NCBI GenBank assembly: GCA_047973205.1
Contig: JBKEBO010000073.1
Coordinates: 19,393 to 83,392, forward strand
DNA from: Alphaproteobacteria bacterium
GTDB lineage: Bacteria > Pseudomonadota > Alphaproteobacteria > JBKEAR01
Length of the DNA stretch: 64,000 bases
Reading direction: 5' to 3'
Under the pieces are notes generated by a model. The model was not told the origin of the DNA. It made no database searches and worked only from the letters and a program-made list of their open reading frames with translations. Position 1 is the stretch's first letter. Each line of letters opens with the position of its first letter. This document shows positions 52,621 to 60,909 of this stretch, one piece after another. The position numbers and the translations under genes were made by a program.

Positions 52621-52820
52621 TTTCTACCCATTTTTGCCCCTAATTGTCCATTTTTGTCCATTTTTGTCCAAAATTATCCCATTTAAACCTTAAATATCCA
52701 CAAGGCTCTCCCTATGAGTGTGTGATACTGATGGACAAATAGGGGATGTTTTTGTATTTTTTCTGTTCATTTAGGGATAAAAATGGATAAATTTGGACAA
52801 AAATGGACAATTTGAGGCAA
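52621..52820. repeat. Inverted pair of 10-bp-periodic repeat arrays (non-coding element of unknown function)
   Basis: Left units tttctaccca/tttttgcccc/taattgtcca/tttttgtcca/tttttgtcca/aaattatccc. Right arm 52774-52820 is the reverse complement of 52634-52680 at 39/47 positions. Confidence 0.9.
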
Positions 52821-52825
52821 CAAAT

Positions 52826-53968
52826 CTAATCATCAATCTTTAAATCACGTAAAGCGAAAAAGGCTTGCTTATATCCATTTTGAGCGGCTTTTTTTATCCA
52901 CTCAATACCATCCTTTTTATCTTGTTTAACACCTAAACCATAGTAAAGAGAATTGCCATAAAGATACTGTGCTTTGGGGTTATTTTGAGCTGCAGAAAGA
53001 CGATACCAGTTAGTGGCTTGCTCGCTATTCGGTGGAACATCCCTATGGCCTGTAAAATAGAGAGATGCAAGGTCAAGCATTGCTTTATCATCACCTAAAA
53101 GAGCTGCTTTTTTTAGCCATTTTTCAGCCTCAACACCATCGCGATCAACCCCTCGACCAGCCAAGTAAAGTGCTCCTAAAACCCGCATAGCCTCAGTATC
53201 ATCGGCCTTGGCCTTTTCCATCATCTGATTAAAGAGTATTTCTGAAGGGTCAAACTTTGTCGTCAAAGATGATATGTTGAAATCAGCTAGCCAAGCCTTA
53301 GCTCTTGGGTCGCCTTGCTCAGCCCCCGAACGATAAAGTCTTAAAGCTTCCGTATTGTTATATAATGCAGAGCTTTTATCAGAAAAAATAGTAGCTAAGT
53401 CATAGTAAGCCCTTGTTTCTCCTGTATTTGAAGCCCTTAAAAAATCTGTAATTGCGGCATCGATATTCTTATCTCGTCCTAAACCATCACGATAAGTAAT
53501 CCCTCTAAGCCAATAAGCGGTTGGACTATTGGCATTAATGGCTTCATTAAGGTAAGGGGTGATTATTTTAGGGTCAACTTCAATCTCAGGATTGAGAAGT
53601 AAAAGCTCAATAGTATCTGTAATTCCAAGCATATAGGGAGAATTTGCAGCATCTCCTATAGGAAAGTCTTTACTAAAAATATTTACAAGATCTTGGCTGC
53701 GAATATAGCCCATATCTCCTGTTTTAAGCTTTAACTTCCACCATGGTTTACCATTTTGAATAATAAGGTCTTGAACACTCACAAGTTCTTTAAATTCAAC
53801 ATCTTTTAATATCTGAGAAGAGGGGGACGGCTGACTATAAATCGAGGTTGGTCCGATACTCATCTGCTGCATAGGAATAGTCAGATGAAAGCTATTTTCA
53901 ACTGCAAAGGCTAAAAAGGAGCAGAAAATAAAAACAAAACCAATAGTAGAGCGTATCAGAAGAATCAT
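52826..53968 (-). CDS. Exported SH3-like plus Sel1-repeat protein
   Basis: Signal peptide; IYSQPS...WWKLKLKTGDMGYI (SH3b-like); multiple Sel1 repeats (LGALYLAGRGVDRD.EAEKWLKKAA, YGLGVKQDKKDGIEWIKKAA). Confidence 0.88.
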   Translation of the reverse strand: MILLIRSTIGFVFIFCSFLAFAVENSFHLTIPMQQMSIGPTSIYSQPSPSSQILKDVEFKELVSVQDLIIQNGKPWWKLKLKTGDMGYIRSQDLVNIFSKDFPIGDAANSPYMLGITDTIELLLLNPEIEVDPKIITPYLNEAINANSPTAYWLRGITYRDGLGRDKNIDAAITDFLRASNTGETRAYYDLATIFSDKSSALYNNTEALRLYRSGAEQGDPRAKAWLADFNISSLTTKFDPSEILFNQMMEKAKADDTEAMRVLGALYLAGRGVDRDGVEAEKWLKKAALLGDDKAMLDLASLYFTGHRDVPPNSEQATNWYRLSAAQNNPKAQYLYGNSLYYGLGVKQDKKDGIEWIKKAAQNGYKQAFFALRDLKIDD

Positions 53969-54348
53969 TTATATAAATCCTCTGGATTTTGAATTGGCTC
54001 TGAGATGATTTTTAGTCCAGAATCCGTTACTTTATAAAAAAAACAGTCTTTTCTTCCCGTATGGCACGCCGCTCCTTTTTGCCTTACCTTTAGTAGTATT
54101 GTGTCTTTATCGCAGTCCAAAAGCATTTCAACAAGCTGCTGTTGATTGCCCGATTGCTCGCCTTTTCGCCATAGTTTCTTACGTGAGCGTGACCAGTAAC
54201 ACACTTGATTCTTTTGTAATGTTTCCATAATGGCTTCCTTATTCATCCATGCCATCATCAACACATCGCCACTATCAACATCAACCGAAATAGCCGCTAT
54301 AAGCCCATTTTCATTGAAGTTTATTTGGTCAATAAAATCTAAATTCAT
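53965..54348 (-). CDS. hisI: Phosphoribosyl-AMP cyclohydrolase
   Basis: VLMMAWMN, YWSRSR..LWRKGEQSG, DCDKD, ACHTGRKDCF. Confidence 0.97.
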   Translation of the reverse strand: MNLDFIDQINFNENGLIAAISVDVDSGDVLMMAWMNKEAIMETLQKNQVCYWSRSRKKLWRKGEQSGNQQQLVEMLLDCDKDTILLKVRQKGAACHTGRKDCFFYKVTDSGLKIISEPIQNPEDLYK

Positions 54349-54395
54349 AAGAGTTTCTCTTGCTTTTGTTGTCTATAAAATTTATTTTAAAATAA

Positions 54396-54408
54396 AGTAT
54401 ATTATAAT
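54396..54408 (+). promoter_or_regulatory. Possible Zur-like box overlapping a TATAAT -10 upstream of znuC
   Basis: agtatattataat matches 10/13 of GTTATATTATAAC (Zur-like core from memory); AT-rich context. Confidence 0.3.
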
Positions 54409-54422
54409 GATGAGAAATAAAT

Positions 54423-55166
54423 ATGGCAATCAAAGAAGATATAATAATTAAATGTAGGGATGTTTCTTGGATAGTTGATAATAGAGCTATCTTAAGTGAT
54501 GTTAACCTCGAGATAAAAAGAGGTGAATTTATTTCTCTTATTGGGCTTAATGGAGCAGGCAAAAGCAGCCTTTGTAAGCTTATTTTAGAGCTTATAAAGC
54601 CAACAAAAGGGCAAATTATCCGTCAAAAGGATTTATCAGTCTCTTATGTTCCGCAATTTTTTGATGCGAATCAACTTGTTCCTTTGAAAATTGAAGACTT
54701 TATGCAATTAACCTTGCGTAAGGTAGAGACTGAAGAAATCAAAGAACTACTTTTAGAAGTTGAGTTATGGGATAAACGTCATCTTCCTTTGCAAAGCCTT
54801 TCTGGAGGCGAGCGGCAACGCTTACTTGTGGCAAAAGCTCTTTTAAGTCATCCTAATCTTTTGGTTTTAGATGAAGCCTTTAGTCATGTGAATTTATCAG
54901 GGCAGCAAAAGTTAATCCAACTTATCAATAAGAAGAGAAAACTTATTGATTTTTCTATATTAATGGTGTCGCATGATATGTTTTGGGTTATGGCTCAGAC
55001 TGACCGTGTTATTTGTGTTAATCATGGTATTTCTTGCTCAGGTGAGCCTTTAGATATCTCACAAGACCCGATGATTTCTAGCCTTTTAGGTGAAGATTTT
55101 ACAAAGAATCTTGCATATTATCACCATAATCATCATCACAAACAAGTTGATAAAAATAAAAAATAA
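54423..55166 (+). CDS. znuC: Zn/Mn ABC transporter ATP-binding protein
   Basis: GLNGAGKS, YVPQ, LSGGERQR, LDE, VSHD..VM, His-rich tail YYHHNHHH. Confidence 0.88.
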   Translation: MAIKEDIIIKCRDVSWIVDNRAILSDVNLEIKRGEFISLIGLNGAGKSSLCKLILELIKPTKGQIIRQKDLSVSYVPQFFDANQLVPLKIEDFMQLTLRKVETEEIKELLLEVELWDKRHLPLQSLSGGERQRLLVAKALLSHPNLLVLDEAFSHVNLSGQQKLIQLINKKRKLIDFSILMVSHDMFWVMAQTDRVICVNHGISCSGEPLDISQDPMISSLLGEDFTKNLAYYHHNHHHKQVDKNKK

Positions 55167-55230
55167 GGATAAATATCAATGTTTAACAAAGCAATGCTAA
55201 CAAATAAGTTTAAGATAAAAGAGAAATAAT

Positions 55231-56034
55231 ATGGAAATATTTATTATACCGTTTATTGCATCTATACTACTTTCCTTATCCATTGCCCCATTATCTGTAC
55301 TCACAAATTGGTTTAAGCTTTCATGGTTTGGTGAAACCTTAGCTCATGCAAGCTTATTAGGTGTTGGCCTTGGTGTGGTTTTTGCCATTAATCCTTTTAT
55401 TGCAATTATTCTTATTAGCTTACTTTTAGCTTGGGTAACCTTTGAGCTTGCTTTTCAAGAAAAAGATGGGGATATCAGCCTATATTTAGCTATATTTTCC
55501 CATGGTTTTTTGGCTCTTGGGGCGTTGCTTGCTCTGACTAATCCTCAGGCAATTAATATTGAAAGCTTGTTGTTTGGACAAATCATTAATACAGGATTAC
55601 AAGATATTATTATCCTTGCTATTATCGCTTGTTTGGCATGGTTCTTTTTGATTTACAAGAAGAAATCCATAATCCTTTCGGCCCTACATTCCGATTTAGC
55701 TGCTGTAGAAGGCGTTAAGGTTAAGCAAATTCATCTGATGATTCTTCTGCTTTTGTCTATATCTATTTCATTTTCAATCCAGTTTGTCGGCATATTGCTT
55801 ATTGCATCACTACTTGTTATTCCTTCGGCAGTTGCCCGAATTTTTGCAAAAAACCCTACAGGTTTCATTGTGATAACAACAATTGTTACCCTAATAGCGG
55901 CTCTTGGAGGAGATTTTGCCGCCATTAGCTTTAATTGGCCATTTGGCCCAACAATTGTGGCTCTTGCCTTTGTAATATGGCTGTTGTTATGGAGTATAAA
56001 TCGCTATTTTTTAAAGCTTTTTAAACGCTTCTGA
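55231..56034 (+). CDS. znuB: Zn/Mn ABC transporter permease
   Basis: FGETLAHASLLG, SLLFG, DLAAVEG, VGILLIASLLVIP..AR, GPTIV. Confidence 0.88.
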   Translation: MEIFIIPFIASILLSLSIAPLSVLTNWFKLSWFGETLAHASLLGVGLGVVFAINPFIAIILISLLLAWVTFELAFQEKDGDISLYLAIFSHGFLALGALLALTNPQAINIESLLFGQIINTGLQDIIILAIIACLAWFFLIYKKKSIILSALHSDLAAVEGVKVKQIHLMILLLLSISISFSIQFVGILLIASLLVIPSAVARIFAKNPTGFIVITTIVTLIAALGGDFAAISFNWPFGPTIVALAFVIWLLLWSINRYFLKLFKRF

Positions 56035-57165
56035 TAAATCAGCAATTAAATCGTCAGCATCTTCTAAGCCGCAATGAAGCCGAAGGCATGGATTGTTATA
56101 TTTTTCATCCTTATATTGACGCGAAAGCCCTTTATCAAAGCGAGAGATAAGGCTATCATAACCTCCCCAAGAAACCCCCATACGAAACAATTTTAGCCTA
56201 TTTAAAAAGGCATCAACTTTAGCATCAGGATAATCTTTTAAAATAATGCTGAATAGCCCAGGAGAGCCCGAAAAATCTCTTTGCCACAAATGGTAGTAAG
56301 GAGAATTGGGATGAGCAGGATATAATATCTCTTGCACCTCATCACGCCCTGCGAGCCAATTGGCAACCTTTAAGCCTGTCTCTTGATGCTGTTTTAGACG
56401 AACATGCAAGCTGCGAAGCCCACGAAGAGCGAGCCAACAATCTTCGGACGAAACCCCATAACCAAACATAACGGCCGAAAGTTTAAGCTTTTTCCATAAG
56501 CGTTCATCCTTTGTTGAGACCATTCCCATCAAAATATCCGAATGTCCACCCACAAATTTTGTACCCGCATGTAAAGTTACATCTACACCTAAATCAAAGG
56601 CATCACAAAATAGACCTGCAGACCATGTATTATCGTAAATCGTGATGATTTTATGCTGTTTGGCAACATCACAAATAGCTCGAATATCCGCCATTTCCAT
56701 AGTTAGAGAGGCTGGGCTTTCGATATAAATCACCTTGGTATTTTCTTTAATATAAGGAGAAATATCTGTACAATCAGCAGGATACCACTGAACATCCACA
56801 CCCATACGAGCCAAAAAACGTTTCGATAAACGAGAAGTTGGCCCATAAGCCGCATCACAAACTAAAACATGCTCACCTGCTTGAACAAAGCTGAGCATAC
56901 CTACGCTAATTGCAGCTAAGCCTGAGGGTAGGGCAATGCAGTGATTTGCTCCTTCAAGCTCACATATAGCTTCTTCAAAAGCACGTTGTGTTGGATTAGA
57001 AATCAACCCATAAAAATCGCCTTTCCACTCATTTCTTTCACCCTCATCAAAAGCAGCTACCGTATCAAAAGTAACAGTAGAACCCTTATAAATCGGAGGG
57101 TTAACATAGCCTTGATTATTATCTTTTGTATGGCCTGATTGTAAGAGTCTTGTTTGCTTTTTCAT
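56011..57165 (-). CDS. metC: Cystathionine beta-lyase
   Basis: VNPPIYKGSTV, PSGLAAI, YGPT, DNTWSAG, HAGTKFVGGHSD, LRGLRSL, MGVSWGGYDSL, RLHCGLED. Confidence 0.9.
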   Translation of the reverse strand: MKKQTRLLQSGHTKDNNQGYVNPPIYKGSTVTFDTVAAFDEGERNEWKGDFYGLISNPTQRAFEEAICELEGANHCIALPSGLAAISVGMLSFVQAGEHVLVCDAAYGPTSRLSKRFLARMGVDVQWYPADCTDISPYIKENTKVIYIESPASLTMEMADIRAICDVAKQHKIITIYDNTWSAGLFCDAFDLGVDVTLHAGTKFVGGHSDILMGMVSTKDERLWKKLKLSAVMFGYGVSSEDCWLALRGLRSLHVRLKQHQETGLKVANWLAGRDEVQEILYPAHPNSPYYHLWQRDFSGSPGLFSIILKDYPDAKVDAFLNRLKLFRMGVSWGGYDSLISRFDKGLSRQYKDEKYNNPCLRLHCGLEDADDLIADLSEAFKKL

Positions 57166-57172
57166 TTTTGCC

Positions 57173-57790
57173 TCATGATGATTTTTTACATTGGGTCTCG
57201 TTTGCTAGTGTAGTGGAAAATTTGGAAATTTCAAATATTTTCCCTTTTGCCGAAAAAGCCCATCTTTTCTGTGGTTGCTTGTCACTAGAAAGAATAATCA
57301 AAGCTCCTGTAGGAATACGAGCATTAAGGGCAATGGGCTGCAACATATAAGCGTAATTTATGGGAGAATTAACAACAAAACGGCCATCATTTTTAACAAA
57401 TATACATTTACCATGAGCCTTATGGGTAAGGTATCCGTAACTTGCAAAAAATAAAATAGTCATAAATATCAAGGTAAAGCATGGAGTTAAGAGGGTGAGG
57501 ATAGGGGCTTTATATAATCCAAAGCCAAGCCATAATAATAAGGGAAGCATTGGTATATATGGACTTAACGGATAAAACCATAGGAGGATAAAATAGGCTA
57601 TCAAGAAGGCAAGAAATAAGGGTTGCTTTAAGCAAAGCCATAATAATGCAATCGCTCCCCATAAGGCTAAAACAACCTGCAGTTTTAAGTCTACATAGTA
57701 GACTAAATAGAGGCGATTAAGGGTAAATAGCCCTAACCAAATAAGGAGAAAAAAACCATAAGTGAAAGAAAAGCTTATCTTTTTAACCAT
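57173..57790 (-). CDS. Hypothetical membrane protein
   Basis: Several hydrophobic segments then a small soluble domain; fills the gap in the MATE-nudF-X-metC run. Confidence 0.7.
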   Translation of the reverse strand: MVKKISFSFTYGFFLLIWLGLFTLNRLYLVYYVDLKLQVVLALWGAIALLWLCLKQPLFLAFLIAYFILLWFYPLSPYIPMLPLLLWLGFGLYKAPILTLLTPCFTLIFMTILFFASYGYLTHKAHGKCIFVKNDGRFVVNSPINYAYMLQPIALNARIPTGALIILSSDKQPQKRWAFSAKGKIFEISKFSTTLANETQCKKSS

Positions 57791-58404
57791 TCTTCTCTCA
57801 CTTGCTCACGATGATAGCGTAGCCATTGCAGAGCAATAAGTGCCGTTGCATTGGTGATTTTCCCCTCATCAAGCATCTTCCAAACTTCATCACAGGGAAG
57901 AATATGGGTTTTAATATCTTCAGCTTCTACATCAAGGCCAAAAACACCACCCGCTTTTTCGCTATTAACTTGTGCGACATAAAGGTGAATAAACTCACTA
58001 ACTGCACCAGGGCTAACAAAAAACGGTTGAATATATTTAAGGTTGGCAATCTCTAGATTGGCCTCTTCTTTGGTTTCTCTTATAGCGACATCATCGATTG
58101 TTTCACCTTCATCAATAATACCCGCTATAATCTCGTACATCCATGATGTTGTTTGTTTATTTTGCCAATGAGGATTTTGTATACCCACAAAAACACCCGG
58201 GCGAAACTGCTCAATAAGAATAATCACATCTTTTATCGGATCATATGGTAAAACCGCTACAGCGTGGCCACGCTCAAAAATCTCACGTTCGACCACAGCC
58301 CCCATTTTCCCGTTAAACTGACGATAGGAAAAGCGATATTTATTGACTTCAAAATAACCTTTAAATTCTTCAGACTTTTCTAATAACTCAACCTTATAAT
58401 CCAT
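57775..58404 (-). CDS. nudF: ADP-ribose pyrophosphatase (Nudix)
   Basis: REIFERGHAVAVLPYDP, EQFR, AGIIDEGE...RETKEEA Nudix box, SPG, EAEDI. ATG at 58404. Confidence 0.92.
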   Translation of the reverse strand: MDYKVELLEKSEEFKGYFEVNKYRFSYRQFNGKMGAVVEREIFERGHAVAVLPYDPIKDVIILIEQFRPGVFVGIQNPHWQNKQTTSWMYEIIAGIIDEGETIDDVAIRETKEEANLEIANLKYIQPFFVSPGAVSEFIHLYVAQVNSEKAGGVFGLDVEAEDIKTHILPCDEVWKMLDEGKITNATALIALQWLRYHREQVREEWLKR

Positions 58405-59719
58405 TGAAACCTCGATTAACTTTGATAAACATGGCATAAAGATATAGGCCTCGAGCGATAAAAGAAAGCAAAAAAGCAATCCATAAACGGTGAACCTCTA
58501 AATTTACTGGAAGAATATAATAACTTATTCCAAAAGCTAAAGCGGCAAAAATACTTGCATTTCTTAAATGTTTAATCTCTTTAAGGCCCAAAATAATGCC
58601 ATCAAAAGTAAAGGCAATAATCATTGGAATTGGTAAAATAAGAAACCAAATTTTATAGGCTAAAATATTTTCAATCACCATGGGAATATGCGTAAAAAAT
58701 CGCCCTATATATGTGATATTCATATAAATAAAGAATGATAGCATAATACCCAAAAGACCATTAATCACAAAGGCATCTTTGGTAATTGTATAAATTTGGG
58801 GGTATTTCTTTTGACCTAAAGAACGTCCGATTAGTGTTGAAGAGGCATCTCCAAAAGCCTCTAAACTTGTTGTAAGCATCAGTAGTATTTGTAAAATAAT
58901 ACCATTAGCCGCAATGATATTTGTATCAATAAACCCTGTCGAAAAGCGGTTAAATAGCATAAAAATACTGATTAAACACAATGTTCTAACAAATAAATGA
59001 CCATTCACTTTGAATATACGAATAATGTCGTTATAAGCAAGGGCTTCTTTGAGAACTCGCCATGAAAAATGTTGAAATATATCTGTCTTTTTGCATAAAA
59101 TATAAAGAAGCACCACAAAGCTTCCTAGCTCTGCCAAAACAGTCCCTATGGCTATTCCCTTGATATTATAGTCTAAAATAATCACAAATAAGATATTAAA
59201 ACCTATAGTTAATATACCAAAGGTAAAATCATAAACCAAAATATATAAACTCTTTTTATTCGCAAGCAGCCAAGCTGAAGCCATATACGAAAATAAAGGA
59301 ATAAAAAAGAAGTAGATACGAATATTCAAATAGTCCTTTATCGGATCAATAATTTGAGCTTCTGGATTGATTATCGTAAAAATAATCCGAAAAATAACAG
59401 GGTGGAATATAGTAACCGCAATAGCTAAAATAAGCCCAATAGTTGCATTACGGTAGAAAATGGCCTTGACTTCCTTTTTATCATTCATACCAATTGCAAC
59501 AGAGGTTAACGATAATGTTCCTATAAATAAAAAAGAGAAAAACCAGATTATCTGAGCATATGTAAGTGCTGCAACAGCCAAGCCCGCAAGCCATAAAGCA
59601 TTATCTTTAAAGCCAAGCATCTTTGTATCAATCATACCCACAATAGGGTTAATCATCATAGAGATAACTAATGGTAACGCAATGACAATAATCGACTTAT
59701 AATAGGTTTTTGTTCCCAT
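58394..59719 (-). CDS. MATE family efflux transporter (DinF-like)
   Basis: ALPLVIS..PIVGMIDTKMLG, YLNIRI, GIAIGTVLAE, LFVRTL, AFTFDGI; about 12 TM. Confidence 0.9.
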   Translation of the reverse strand: MGTKTYYKSIIVIALPLVISMMINPIVGMIDTKMLGFKDNALWLAGLAVAALTYAQIIWFFSFLFIGTLSLTSVAIGMNDKKEVKAIFYRNATIGLILAIAVTIFHPVIFRIIFTIINPEAQIIDPIKDYLNIRIYFFFIPLFSYMASAWLLANKKSLYILVYDFTFGILTIGFNILFVIILDYNIKGIAIGTVLAELGSFVVLLYILCKKTDIFQHFSWRVLKEALAYNDIIRIFKVNGHLFVRTLCLISIFMLFNRFSTGFIDTNIIAANGIILQILLMLTTSLEAFGDASSTLIGRSLGQKKYPQIYTITKDAFVINGLLGIMLSFFIYMNITYIGRFFTHIPMVIENILAYKIWFLILPIPMIIAFTFDGIILGLKEIKHLRNASIFAALAFGISYYILPVNLEVHRLWIAFLLSFIARGLYLYAMFIKVNRGFNGL

Positions 59720-59829
59720 AAATTAAAGACTTTCAGATAAAAGGAGATACTCGTAACTACTTGTAGCAATATTCCTATTTTTTCGCTATAGTTATTTTGA
59801 GATGAACATAAAGTTTTTAGGAGTTCTTT

Positions 59830-60660
59830 ATGAGTGATTTTTTAAATAATACACCTGAGCTTTGGATGGCTAAACTTCCACTCCCTAACAAAGAAAGCCA
59901 TAAACATAATCGGGGGCATTTGCTAATTTCGGGTAGCCGAGAAATGACAGGAGCTTCACGCTTAAGTGCAAGAGGAGCAAGAAGAATGGGTTGCGGGCTT
60001 GTTTATCTAGCGGTTCCTCATGAGGTTGCTCCAATTTATATGACAGATAGTCCGAGCAATATTGTTCTGCGTTCAGAAGATTCGGGGGCTTTTCGCTCAG
60101 CTATTCGTAAATCCCAAGCTACGGCTATTTTAGTGGGGCCAGGAATGAAAGAATCTGACACAACAAGAGAGATTATTCAACGAGCTTTACATGCAAATGT
60201 TCCTACACTTATTGATGCAGGTGGTATTGGAGTCTTTACAAATAAGCCTGAACGTTTAAAAAAAGCAATTACGAATCAGGCTGTTATTACACCACATATG
60301 GGAGAATATGAAAAACTCTTTGGCTCTGACAATAAGACGGCGGCTCAAAAGGCCTTGGATATGGCAAAATATCTTAAAGCAACGGTAGTCCTCAAAGGCT
60401 CAGAAACATATATTGCAACTTATGATGGTCGTGTTGCAAAAACTGAAACAGCTAATCCTTGGCTCGCTATTGGTGGGACAGGTGATGTTTTAAGTGGTCA
60501 AATTGCGGCATTGTTGGCTCAAGGTATGGATTCATTTTTGGCTGCTTGTGCAGGCGTTTGGTTTCATCGTCAGGCAGCTGAAATTATTGGAGTAGGGCTT
60601 GTTGCCGAAGATATTCCAGAGCATTTAATGCATGTTTGGAAAGAGCTTCTAAAGGATTGA
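59830..60660 (+). CDS. nnrD: ADP-dependent NAD(P)H-hydrate dehydratase (stand-alone YjeF C-terminal domain)
   Basis: SHKHNRGH, MTGASRL, VGPGM, IDAGG, TPHMGEY, VLKG, LAIGGTGDVLSG. Confidence 0.92.
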   Translation: MSDFLNNTPELWMAKLPLPNKESHKHNRGHLLISGSREMTGASRLSARGARRMGCGLVYLAVPHEVAPIYMTDSPSNIVLRSEDSGAFRSAIRKSQATAILVGPGMKESDTTREIIQRALHANVPTLIDAGGIGVFTNKPERLKKAITNQAVITPHMGEYEKLFGSDNKTAAQKALDMAKYLKATVVLKGSETYIATYDGRVAKTETANPWLAIGGTGDVLSGQIAALLAQGMDSFLAACAGVWFHRQAAEIIGVGLVAEDIPEHLMHVWKELLKD

Positions 60661-60694
60661 AAAACTATATAAAGAACAATTTTGAATAATTTTA

Positions 60695-60722
60695 TTGACT
60701 TTAGAATTTATTTTTGTAAAGT
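60695..60722 (+). promoter_or_regulatory. Candidate sigma70 promoter for tRNA-Leu/tig
   Basis: TTGACT-16bp-TAAAGT, about 36 bp upstream of the tRNA. Confidence 0.4.
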
Positions 60723-60758
60723 GTGAGCTTGATGTAAGGCATAACTGCCAACACTATT

Positions 60759-60843
60759 GCGGGTGTGGCGGAACTGGTAGACGCACTGGATTTAGGTTCC
60801 AGCGACTTCGGTCATGGGGGTTCGATTCCCTTCACCCGTACCA
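60759..60843 (+). tRNA. tRNA-Leu (anticodon TAG)
   Basis: Acceptor GCGGGTG/CACCCGT, D-arm, anticodon arm CTGGA-TTTAGGT-TCCAG, long variable arm, GGTTCGATTCC T-arm, encoded CCA; directly upstream of tig. Confidence 0.97.
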
Positions 60844-60909
60844 TAACGAGTTATGTACTTCTTTATTCAGGTAGGGAAGTATTTTTTTTAAAAGAAACTG
60901 GATTAAAAA

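Noticed and set aside
52621-52820. CRISPR array or oriC call for the repeat element
   Set aside because: Units are 10 bp with no spacers and no cas genes nearby. Only one near-consensus DnaA box, and the neighbour is hemN rather than hemE, so oriC cannot be supported without skew data.
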